Origin: a virus
Length of the DNA: 64,000 bases
Reading direction: 5' to 3' (one strand)
Virus record (IMG/VR): IMGVR_UViG_3300020580_000001
Location: 1-64,000 of that record
The notes beneath the pieces are model-generated. The model ran no database searches. It was not told the origin of the DNA and saw nothing but the letters and a program-made list of their open reading frames with translations. A program made the position numbers and the translations under genes. Positions 17,292-25,138 of this stretch are shown here, in pieces. Numbering within the stretch: the first letter of the stretch is position 1; every line of letters begins with the position of its first letter.

Positions 17292-17427
17292 GCATGGCTC
17301 ACTCAATGCGGAGTGGCCGGGAGGCAAAATGAACTCGATGAAAGAACGCACCGTGCCGGAAACGGCGTCAGATGCCGAACAAATTTCTGTAAACGAAGCC
17401 AAAAGCCCTTAGATTCCATTGGGGCCG

Positions 17428-17439
17428 CTCCCTTGGTAA
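17428..17439 (+). other. candidate attP core (tRNA-Thr GGT anticodon-arm sequence)
   Basis: CTCCCTTGGTAA downstream of int resembles the 5' anticodon stem plus loop of alphaproteobacterial tRNA-Thr(GGT) as I recall it. Confidence 0.5.
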
Positions 17440-17474
17440 AAGAGTGGCCGCCACAGCTAACTGCGGTTTTTGAC

Positions 17475-17549
17475 GCCGCCGTAGCTTAGGGGTAAAGCAT
17501 TGCTTTGGTAAAGCAAAGACCGGAAGTTCGAGTCTTCCCGGCGGCACCA
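17475..17549 (+). tRNA. tRNA-Thr(GGT)
   Basis: Full cloverleaf: GCCGCCG/CGGCGGC acceptor, GCTT/AAGC D-stem, TTGCT-TTGGTAA-AGCAA anticodon arm, GGAAG-TTCGAGT-CTTCC T-arm, ACCA end. Confidence 0.93.
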
Positions 17550-17628
17550 TTTCTCAAACGGTTGGGTGTTCATTTTGGGTGCTGTCCTAATTTGCCGCTG
17601 GGTGTCCGAATTTGAGAGAAGTGGTGTC

Positions 17629-17961
17629 CTAAGTTGATTTTTGCTTCTCTTCGGATTCCTTAATCATTTTCTTGAGTATCTCGGCAGTAGCTGGCGAGAC
17701 CTGTATTTCTACCCCAGAAATTTTTTCCACATGCTCAATAATAGACTTGAGACTAATGTAGAGTGTTTTCATGGCTGGGGGCGTCATGAAAACCGCTACC
17801 TGTTCTTGCATCCCCTTATTGTGGTCGGCCGCATCATGTGCTACCCCAAAACGCACACATAGATCTGCCCCACTAAACTGCATTGCAAATGCATTGCAAT
17901 ACACAAAGCGAAAATCTATTGCATGTGTATTTTGCGTGGTCGCTAGATATGGTTCAGACAT
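17629..17961 (-). CDS. DUF3467-like protein (third gene of TA module)
   Basis: VYCNAF...DLCVRFG...VAVFMTPPAMKTL...IEHVEK pattern resembles DUF3467. Confidence 0.6.
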   Translation of the reverse strand: MSEPYLATTQNTHAIDFRFVYCNAFAMQFSGADLCVRFGVAHDAADHNKGMQEQVAVFMTPPAMKTLYISLKSIIEHVEKISGVEIQVSPATAEILKKMIKESEEKQKST

Positions 17962-18479
17962 AAAGCACCTCTTTTCGAATCCATTCCAGGCGCAATAATT
18001 AATGACGCTCTAATATCTCCAACCTTTCCAGCGATACCAAACGTATCAGACGAAATTGAAACTGTATCTAAATTTGTTCTAAACGTTGCCGAAGCGAAGA
18101 TGGGCAATTTCTTCTCACACATGGGCAATGCATCACGATCGAAATTCATGACGCACAAATCAGACGTTTCGAGGTTACCAGCTTGAACGGCAATCTCGCT
18201 AAACGGAACGAAGCGAACTGAAAGTCCAACATCAAATGCCGAGGCCAGACGGCGCAAAGTTGCTATCTCAACATTTTCAAAGTCTGGATCCTCGATCGCC
18301 GAAATTCTGGATTGTTTCATGCCCGCTTTTTCAGCCAATATCGTTTGCGTCCATTCACGATCTTCGCGCATCATAAAAATTTGCGCAGCAATTGTGCTCG
18401 AGACGTGAGACGCCACAAAGGATTCACGATACTCTTTACTCTTCATCCTTTTCCATAGCGTCCGAACTGTCGAACTCAT
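17943..18479 (-). CDS. HigA-like XRE antitoxin with C-terminal extension
   Basis: MREDREWTQTILAEKAGMKQSRISAIE...TLRRLASAFDV; directly downstream of a RelE-like gene. Confidence 0.8.
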   Translation of the reverse strand: MSSTVRTLWKRMKSKEYRESFVASHVSSTIAAQIFMMREDREWTQTILAEKAGMKQSRISAIEDPDFENVEIATLRRLASAFDVGLSVRFVPFSEIAVQAGNLETSDLCVMNFDRDALPMCEKKLPIFASATFRTNLDTVSISSDTFGIAGKVGDIRASLIIAPGMDSKRGALCLNHI

Positions 18480-18843
18480 GCGGGACAGCATGGGAACTGT
18501 TCCTTTCTAAATTACGGAGACGTGCTAGTGCGACAGCTACGTCAGACTTGGGAATTTTGTCGTTTTTCTCAATCGCGCCGACCAAAATGATATACTGTTT
18601 TGTTCCATAGTACGTTCCAAGAGGGCGGTATTGAACGCCATTTCCCGTGATTCTGAACTCGTACAGGTCACCGGAGCAGCGATATTTTGACACCCATTTT
18701 TCAGACCAGCTTAGAAGAGCAGCCATCATCAAGAGTCTAGAATCGATACGCGCCCGGTCTCTGTCGGGGAGCGCATCTAGCCATTCGCGAATTTTGTTGC
18801 GCTTCGTCAATTCGGCATAATCGAAGAAGCGCCAGACAGCCAT
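18436..18843 (-). CDS. RelE/HigB (Gp49-like) toxin
   Basis: IREWLDAL...LYEFRITGNGVQYRPLG...IILVGAIEKNDKIP; toxin-first HigBA order. Confidence 0.75.
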   Translation of the reverse strand: MAVWRFFDYAELTKRNKIREWLDALPDRDRARIDSRLLMMAALLSWSEKWVSKYRCSGDLYEFRITGNGVQYRPLGTYYGTKQYIILVGAIEKNDKIPKSDVAVALARLRNLERNSSHAVPHEFDSSDAMEKDEE

Positions 18844-18868
18844 AAGCTATCACATAAAACGGATAAAA

Positions 18869-18910
18869 GTCAAGAATTTACTTGACGGGCGAATATCACT
18901 TATATATGAT
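18869..18910 (+). promoter_or_regulatory. sigma70 promoter and palindrome in divergent region
   Basis: TTGACG(18882)-N17-TATGAT(18905); GTCAAG-N6-CTTGAC inverted repeat giving back-to-back -35 boxes. Confidence 0.6.
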
Positions 18911-18983
18911 AATCGAACTTCCGGAATTGGTTCGACGTTTCAAGTAGTTAGCAAGAAACGTCGAACCGTCCGATTCGCATAAA

Positions 18984-19054
18984 TGGGGGATGGTCTAACG
19001 GTAGGACGGCCCGATTTACCCCGAGGCAATCCCGGTTCGAATCCGGGTCCCCCA
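18984..19054 (+). ncRNA. tRNA-Gln-like cloverleaf with aberrant anticodon arm
   Basis: TGGGGGA/TCCCCCA acceptor, GTCT-AACGGTA-GGAC D-arm, CCCGG-TTCGAAT-CCGGG T-arm; anticodon arm irregular, no CCA. Confidence 0.7.
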
Positions 19055-19217
19055 TCAACCCGAATGGCGGGGCCGAGGTGTTCCAGCACCCCGACCCCTG
19101 ATCAAAAACCCAGGGATTTGGCCCCCTGAGCATGACCGTCCGATGCATATAACACGAACGGCGCGGACTTTCCAGAGTCCAGCTCATCGCCAATCCCGCA
19201 ATCCATGGATTGGCCCC

Positions 19218-20096
19218 ATGAACATTCTTTCTCACGACCAACAGGTTAGCGTCATAGCCGCCCTCACCGAAGGCTGTAGCATTCGCTCCGTCGAGCGCTT
19301 GACCGGCATTCACCGCGATACGATCATGCGGCTAGGCGTCCGCGTCGGACGCGACTGCGCGGCCTTGCATGACCGCCTAATGCAAAACCTGCATGTCAAT
19401 CTACTTGAGTTTGACGAGGTATGGTCATTCATCGGCAAGAAGCAAAAGCGGCTTGCCCCAAGCGACCTTCGAGAAAAGGGCGACTGCTATATCTTCACGG
19501 CGTTGTCGGCTACGCACAAGGCGATCATTTCTTATCAAATCGGTAAGCGGAGCGGAGCGAATGCGAATACCTTCGCTATGGACGTTCGCCAACGGATTCT
19601 CGGGCGTCCGCAAATCAGTTCCGATGGCTTTAGTCCTTACGTTGATGCCATTGAACTGGCCTTCGGCTCGGACGTCGATTACGGGCAAATCGTGAAGGTA
19701 TATGCTGGCGAGCCTGGCCCTGATGCCGCGCGGCGCTATTCGCCGGGCGTCGTAGTAGATGTAAGGAAGGCGGTCATCGCCGGCGGCCCAGATCGGAAGA
19801 AGATCAGCACGTCTTTTGTCGAGCGATCGAACCTAACAATCCGGATGCAATGCCGCCGGCTTACGAGGCTTACAAATGCCTTCAGCAAGAAGCTTGAGAA
19901 CCATGCGGCGGCTGTGGCGCTGTTTGTGGCGCATTATAACTTTTGCCGTGTTCATGAGACTTTGCGCGTTACGCCAGCCATGGCGCTGGGCGTGACCGAT
20001 CACATTTGGACGATTGGTGAGTTAATTGACGCCGCCTCGGCAGGCCCCCAGCCCCGCATGCGTCCATTCACGGTGATCCATGGAGGGCGCGCCTAG
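19218..20096 (+). CDS. IS1-family DDE transposase
   Basis: N-terminal HTH (SIRSVERLTGIHRDTI), FDEVWSFIGKK, SDG, TSFVERSNLTIR, TPAMALG. Confidence 0.9.
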   Translation: MNILSHDQQVSVIAALTEGCSIRSVERLTGIHRDTIMRLGVRVGRDCAALHDRLMQNLHVNLLEFDEVWSFIGKKQKRLAPSDLREKGDCYIFTALSATHKAIISYQIGKRSGANANTFAMDVRQRILGRPQISSDGFSPYVDAIELAFGSDVDYGQIVKVYAGEPGPDAARRYSPGVVVDVRKAVIAGGPDRKKISTSFVERSNLTIRMQCRRLTRLTNAFSKKLENHAAAVALFVAHYNFCRVHETLRVTPAMALGVTDHIWTIGELIDAASAGPQPRMRPFTVIHGGRA

Positions 20097-20247
20097 CGCC
20101 TTTCTCGCGAGTGTCCTAATCTGAGAAATCGAGTGTCCGAATTAGGACAGCACCTCATTTTGCTTCGTTTTGCCTGCCAGCCGTGCTATAAAGGCGAACC
20201 CGCCAAGTGGCGTTCGGTCAAGTGACCGATAGGAGGAGTCACCCACT

Positions 20248-20403
20248 TTGAAAGGATTTATTTATTCGTCATTAGGTTTCGATACAGCATTATTGATAAT
20301 TCATATGTGGGGTTTTCCTCCAGCCCCATGGAATGTGATTATTTTCCAAATATGTTTTCTCCCTATTGTAGCTATTATTGACAACTATCTACCTCGGAGA
20401 TAG
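20248..20403 (+). CDS. small hydrophobic protein (51 aa, below cutoff)
   Basis: AGGAGG then TTG: MKGFIYSSLGFDTALLIIHMWGFPPAPWNVIIFQICFLPIVAIIDNYLPRR. Confidence 0.5.
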   Translation: MKGFIYSSLGFDTALLIIHMWGFPPAPWNVIIFQICFLPIVAIIDNYLPRR

Positions 20404-20577
20404 CAGCGCGCGCTTCACGATCGTCTTTGCGATTTCCTTGATATCATCATGGCGAATTGTGCTCTTCCATGTAATTTCATCAGCGCCAATACCATAAAGT
20501 TCATCGCGAATAATATCGCGGAGATCGCGGGCGCTGATCATGACGTGTGGAGAAGGTTTTCCACTAGATTTTGACAT
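20389..20577 (-). CDS. hypothetical protein
   Basis: Last ORF of the late operon. Confidence 0.45.
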   Translation of the reverse strand: MSKSSGKPSPHVMISARDLRDIIRDELYGIGADEITWKSTIRHDDIKEIAKTIVKRALLSPR

Positions 20578-21388
20578 ATGTAAATCTGTGCGTTCCGGAG
20601 CCATCATTATAGTGTTGCCGCTGTGGCGTATGTATGGAAGACCCGTCATAAATAACTTGTGGCGGTGATGTTCTCATGATAGAATACAATGAGATCATAA
20701 TACTCACAAAGACACCGACAGCCATAGCAATACCGATAAGATTTTGATTGCCGCCATGTTGAGCTGCGGCCCCCTGTAGTCGCAATGTTTCAGCAACGAT
20801 TTGAGATGCCGTTGTTCCGCTTGCTCCGCCGCGCTCACCAGCCTCTCTAGTCACGGAGAGCTTAAGAGCCGCCAAATCTGAGGCGATCTGAGACATTGCC
20901 GGATCTGACACCGATGTTCTGCCCCCTGTCTCATAACGAAATTGCTCAACACCAGCGAGGCGCTTGTCCATCGTTGCCAGCGTTGCAGCAATGTTGTCGG
21001 CTGTTTTGTTGATCGTATCAGAGAGGGAGGTGGTAACTTTATCGAGCTGCGTCGAGACTAAGTCCGAGGTCGTTTTCATTTGACCTGTCTGGGTCTCAGA
21101 AATTTGCTTGTCATAATCCTTTTTGAGATCAGCGAGATTATCGACTCGTCGCCTTTCGGCCTCAATAACCATACTGAAATATTCAGAAACATGTTTTACT
21201 TCTGCGGCATTAAATTTAGCAGTCAAGGTGTCGAATTTTTCCTGGAATTGCTGATTAGCATCGACAAGCGCAAGGACATTTTCGGAAGGATCAATTGCGC
21301 CAGCGCCATATCTATCGACGCTAAGGCCAGCACCGGGCGATATTATGCCGTTTGATTTCGGAGAACGCCTTATCTGCCGTGCCGCCAT
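20564..21388 (-). CDS. coiled-coil protein with C-terminal TM helix
   Basis: 274 aa; GIAMAVGVFVSIMISLYSIM; lysis-region context. Confidence 0.7.
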   Translation of the reverse strand: MAARQIRRSPKSNGIISPGAGLSVDRYGAGAIDPSENVLALVDANQQFQEKFDTLTAKFNAAEVKHVSEYFSMVIEAERRRVDNLADLKKDYDKQISETQTGQMKTTSDLVSTQLDKVTTSLSDTINKTADNIAATLATMDKRLAGVEQFRYETGGRTSVSDPAMSQIASDLAALKLSVTREAGERGGASGTTASQIVAETLRLQGAAAQHGGNQNLIGIAMAVGVFVSIMISLYSIMRTSPPQVIYDGSSIHTPQRQHYNDGSGTHRFTYVKI

Positions 21389-21393
21389 TGAGC

Positions 21394-21594
21394 TTATGAT
21401 CTCCTTGACAACTTAGCCGCCGCGCGCATGATAACCTCTGGCTTGCGCTGAATTAAACTCCGCGTCGTATAACGGATTATGTATCGATATACGATCCAGC
21501 GAAACCATGGTTCACGCCACATGCTGGCGCCATAGGCACAGCGCCACACAAATCTTGCGCCGATGTCACGGGAGTGAGGAAGCTTGTCTTTCAT
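21394..21594 (-). CDS. hypothetical protein
   Basis: ORF track. Confidence 0.45.
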   Translation of the reverse strand: MKDKLPHSRDIGARFVWRCAYGASMWREPWFRWIVYRYIIRYTTRSLIQRKPEVIMRAAAKLSRRS

Positions 21595-21612
21595 TGTCAG
21601 TCATGTTTCCTC

Positions 21613-21852
21613 TTAATGTAATGACAGATGCATCCCGCCAGCGCCTAATAGGCACTTGAGAAGATCGAAGATGATCTTGATTGCTATAATCGCCACGATG
21701 ACCCACAGAACGATCCTAATTATAGCGGTAACGATCGCGGGCAAGAACTGTGTTAGATATGGCAACAAGAGTTGAATCAGTGACCATATACCGATTATGA
21801 CCACTATCATAATACAAACTTGCTCCCAGAATCCTAAATCAAAACAGCCCAT
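21613..21852 (-). CDS. 2-TM membrane protein (holin-like)
   Basis: Two hydrophobic helices; AGGAG RBS. Confidence 0.65.
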   Translation of the reverse strand: MGCFDLGFWEQVCIMIVVIIGIWSLIQLLLPYLTQFLPAIVTAIIRIVLWVIVAIIAIKIIFDLLKCLLGAGGMHLSLH

Positions 21853-21913
21853 GCTGATCTCCTATGTGAATTTTCTGTTGCGCAGACGCGCTGGATATGG
21901 TAGGTTTTGCAGG

Positions 21914-22030
21914 TGAGCGGCGGCGTGGAAATGCAGACACGCGGGTCGGCGGTTAAAAGAGTCCTTGATCTGCCTATGGGTCAAGGCCGCTAGGTCAAAT
22001 AGGCAGCCGGGATTGCGTCCGGCCCGCTCA
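21914..22030 (+). ncRNA. tRNA-shaped structured RNA with expanded central domain
   Basis: TGAGCGG/CCGCTCA closing stem, GCGTG/CACGC arm, GCCGG/CCGGC arm, CCTTGATC/GGTCAAGG hairpin; upstream TTGCGC-N17-TAGGTT (21878-21906). Confidence 0.6.
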
Positions 22031-22035
22031 TGCCT

Positions 22036-22209
22036 TCATATGGGTTGCTTATGATGCTGATCATTGGCTGGCGGCGGTGCCGGCGCGATTTCTTCGATTG
22101 TAGAGCTGATAACATCAGAGTTAGGACCGCGCGAAGCAAAGAAACTCATAACTGTCATCACAATCCCGACTATGATGAGAACAATACCTATTGCGTCAAT
22201 GAGTTTCAT
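22036..22209 (-). CDS. small membrane protein (57 aa, below cutoff)
   Basis: MKLIDAIGIVLIIVGIVMTVMSFFASRG...; ATGA coupling. Confidence 0.55.
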   Translation of the reverse strand: MKLIDAIGIVLIIVGIVMTVMSFFASRGPNSDVISSTIEEIAPAPPPANDQHHKQPI

Positions 22210-22388
22210 GCAAATGACCGCTCAAGTAATACTAGCATTCCGGCAACACCAAGCGGGAGAGGGGTTAAGAATTCATCCATAATCCCGTGCTTGCCATTGA
22301 TTGTTTCCAACCAGCGCCCGAGGACCATCAAACCAGATACGAATGCAAAGCCAATTACAAGCTGAACGCTAATCCCAAGCTCACACAT
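22206..22388 (-). CDS. small 2-TM protein
   Basis: MCELGISVQLVIGFAFVSGLMVLG... Confidence 0.5.
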   Translation of the reverse strand: MCELGISVQLVIGFAFVSGLMVLGRWLETINGKHGIMDEFLTPLPLGVAGMLVLLERSFA

Positions 22389-22392
22389 GTGC

Positions 22393-22608
22393 TTACCCCT
22401 TTGCGATTTTGTGCATAACAATCGCCTGCCCGACTGTCCATCCGATAAGGTGCCATGCCCAATCTTGATCCGATGCCCAATCGGTTGATGTCGGTGGCTT
22501 GTCCGACTCGACGTCGGCAAGTTCATGTTCAAGCATAGACATGGAAAATGCTGGGGGTTGACCATCATGACCAAGCCGGTATCCGGCAACGAAGGCTTCA
22601 ACGTTCAT
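22393..22608 (-). CDS. hypothetical protein
   Basis: ATGA coupling. Confidence 0.5.
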   Translation of the reverse strand: MNVEAFVAGYRLGHDGQPPAFSMSMLEHELADVESDKPPTSTDWASDQDWAWHLIGWTVGQAIVMHKIAKG

Positions 22609-22916
22609 AGGAATTTGCCTGTTTTTGGATCATACCGGCTATTTGAATCCGGCACCCATGATATACCGTCACCGGCGAGCACAAGTGGCGCGCGTGGCGC
22701 GGTCATTTTGTTTAGCAACAAGAAGATTTCAAGGGCCTTCTCGGCCATAGCGGCGGGCGGAAAAATAAGTCCGGTTTCCGACAGCATATGTTCCGTGAAG
22801 GCCACTTGGCTATCGTACTTGCCTTTAGCTAGTCCTGTTAAAAGAGCCGCCGCCATTGCCGACAGCATCCTTGCATGCGATTGGATCTCGCCAACAGTAA
22901 TTGGACGATCTGGCAT
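22605..22916 (-). CDS. hypothetical protein
   Basis: Coupled ORF. Confidence 0.55.
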   Translation of the reverse strand: MPDRPITVGEIQSHARMLSAMAAALLTGLAKGKYDSQVAFTEHMLSETGLIFPPAAMAEKALEIFLLLNKMTAPRAPLVLAGDGISWVPDSNSRYDPKTGKFL

Positions 22917-23242
22917 TATTGCGGACCTGGCGTAGCCCCTGGAACCGGAACCGCCGCAATGGCCGATTTGATTTCGCCATTTGTGTCCTTCATAGTTGCA
23001 AGCATACTGGCTTGATCAGCAACGATCACGTCCAAAACTGCCGCATGACCGGCGGCGCCGGTTGCAGTTAAGTCAGCGAGAGCTTTGTGGACATCTGTTT
23101 TTAGAGATTCCAATTCAGTTTTCATTGCTGCATGATTTGCTTGTACGTCTGCCAAAGTCGCCATGATTCTTTCATTCCTTTGTGTTGCGATCTCGAAATA
23201 ATCGTAGACCGTGGTTGCGAAATCGTCATCGAGGCGCCTCAC
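22916..23242 (-). CDS. coiled-coil hypothetical protein
   Basis: Coupled ORF. Confidence 0.55.
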   Translation of the reverse strand: MRRLDDDFATTVYDYFEIATQRNERIMATLADVQANHAAMKTELESLKTDVHKALADLTATGAAGHAAVLDVIVADQASMLATMKDTNGEIKSAIAAVPVPGATPGPQ

Positions 23243-23730
23243 ATTATCCTCGCATATTGCCCAAATAATTTATTGGCTGCCTCTATATAAGCCGAATGCG
23301 CCTCTTCAGCTGTAGAAAAATAACCAAGATTATAAAGCTTTCTCTTGCACCTTATAGCCGCCGTCCATTTTCTCTGATGCTTATGCCAAAATGCCCCTTT
23401 CAGACCAGATGTATTAGAGCACATAATAGCAATATTTGCGTGGTTCTGAGAATTTGTAGCCTCACGAAGATTGCACCAGCGATTATTCGACGGATCTAGA
23501 TCGCGATGATCGATCTGGTTACATGGCCATTCACCAGTCATATAAAGCCACGCAAGGCGATGCGATAAATAACGGCGCCTATCAATTACTATTCCGCGAT
23601 ATCCAGCTGCGTCTATTGTCGTTCCAGCCGGCTTGTCTTTGGGAGCGCCAAGGCGTTTGCCAAGCCATGTAAATACGCCAGTTTCTTGATCGTAATGCAA
23701 AATTTCGCGAAGGCGTTCAGACGTTAGCAT
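23239..23730 (-). CDS. HNH-AP2 homing endonuclease
   Basis: HRLAWLYMTG, IDHRDLDPSNNRWCNLREAT, NTSGLKG, LGYFSTAEEAHSAY. Confidence 0.92.
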   Translation of the reverse strand: MLTSERLREILHYDQETGVFTWLGKRLGAPKDKPAGTTIDAAGYRGIVIDRRRYLSHRLAWLYMTGEWPCNQIDHRDLDPSNNRWCNLREATNSQNHANIAIMCSNTSGLKGAFWHKHQRKWTAAIRCKRKLYNLGYFSTAEEAHSAYIEAANKLFGQYARIM

Positions 23731-24824
23731 TACGCGCCGACACGTCTTTTAGCTTCCGGCGTTGCCGGAACCGTACCGCCGGTTACGTCACCATCCTTAG
23801 CGGCCATCAAGCCAACGCCGGCGGAGATGCCCATAATAGTGGTGAGAATGTCAGCATACGGCTGCAATGACGGGATGACCTTAGCCGCCCCCGTTAACGC
23901 GGCGATGATACCAGGGATCGTGGTTTTCCAGTTTATCATTCCAAGAACTTTGTTCATTGGTTGAGTTCCTTGTGTGGTCGGTGCCGTCGGTTCGGCGGCC
24001 TTAATTTGCAAAACTGGAGGAGGCGGAGGAGGAGGGGTGAATATCTCCTCAAGTTTTGCAAAATCTGTTGCTTGCGCTTCGATCTTCGCAATTCGGATAT
24101 TGATTGCGTCGCGTTGTGCAACAAGCGCATCGCGAATCGCGCCGAAATGATCGAGAATCGCCGCATCTAGCCCAGCAATCGTTGCCGATATCGTGGGAGG
24201 CCCAGCGGGCGGCGCTGGCTGGGAAGGACTTGGAGCTGGCGTTGGTGGGGGCGAGGCTGGCTGGGGCGCGGGAGGGGCTTTAAGCAGCCTTGCTTTTGCA
24301 ACAACCGCCTCAGCATGGGCAATGCGATTGTCGAGGTTTGCGGTCGGCCCTAGCTTTGGCCGCTCATAGACCATCATAAAATTAGCGGTGAGATTTGCGA
24401 TTGATCTTGACCCGCCCGTCAATTGCTTGTATAGTGTTTCATACTCAGGAGTGGTTTGCAATTCATAAACAACGAAATCGCACTGTGTGCCCAAGTCGTT
24501 CAGTAATGCCCCCTTGGGTAATCCGAGACGTGTTTCAGCGCGGCCGGAAAAGGCGATATATGCAGTTTTTCGGTCGCCAAGCCATTCGGCAATTCCGCCG
24601 GATTTTAGCGCGTCTGGAACGCCGCCAGAGGCGTCTGGATGCGCACGAAACATCGTGGCAATTAGAAATTCTCCTGACTCCTGGCAAAAGTTCCCAACCG
24701 CCGCCCCCGCTCCATTCTCAATGAATCCAACAGACATAAAATGATTGAACGCCGCGATCATTGGTGCTGTAACATGAACTGTCATGATGTTGTCTAAGTC
24801 CCTGGGATGTAGAACAACATCCAT
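23730..24824 (-). CDS. endolysin (tail-lysozyme-like) with Pro-rich linker and C-terminal holin-like TM segment
   Basis: AAVGNFCQES...GGIAEW...R...QCDFVVYEL...YERP...R lysozyme-like motifs; NWKTT...AAKD TM tail. Confidence 0.75.
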   Translation of the reverse strand: MDVVLHPRDLDNIMTVHVTAPMIAAFNHFMSVGFIENGAGAAVGNFCQESGEFLIATMFRAHPDASGGVPDALKSGGIAEWLGDRKTAYIAFSGRAETRLGLPKGALLNDLGTQCDFVVYELQTTPEYETLYKQLTGGSRSIANLTANFMMVYERPKLGPTANLDNRIAHAEAVVAKARLLKAPPAPQPASPPPTPAPSPSQPAPPAGPPTISATIAGLDAAILDHFGAIRDALVAQRDAINIRIAKIEAQATDFAKLEEIFTPPPPPPPVLQIKAAEPTAPTTQGTQPMNKVLGMINWKTTIPGIIAALTGAAKVIPSLQPYADILTTIMGISAGVGLMAAKDGDVTGGTVPATPEAKRRVGA

Positions 24825-25138
24825 CTCAACTCATTATGCGCGACGGCGATAGTTGCTAACCAGTTCGCATCTAGTCCCCAGAAAAGTCCCAATAAAATGC
24901 CGGCAGGACTCCACCAGTTAATCTTTAGCCAAGCCAAAAAGGGCGCATATTTTACCTTGCCTTTTGGATAAATTTTGGATAGGATTTTTTGGTGAGCGGG
25001 GCGCTAGCCTGGATTTTTCGATGTTTGACTTTCTAATTTTCCGCGTGTACCCAGTGATAATTGCGCTAATGATATTAATTTTTGTATTTGGGGTATTGAC
25101 TGGGCGATTTCATTAAATTTATGCGCCTAAGTTTGCTA

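Larger units (their letters stand above)
17578..20154. mobile_element. IS1-family transposon with passenger genes
   Basis: 15-bp terminal inverted repeats GGTGCTGTCCTAATT / AATTAGGACAGCACC; 8-bp target duplication TCATTTTG at 17570-17577 and 20155-20162; internal DDE transposase. Confidence 0.9.

Noticed and set aside
18984-19054. Functional ochre-suppressor tRNA or recoded genetic code
   Set aside because: Anticodon stem does not form canonically, there is no CCA, and genes read normally with TAA as stop
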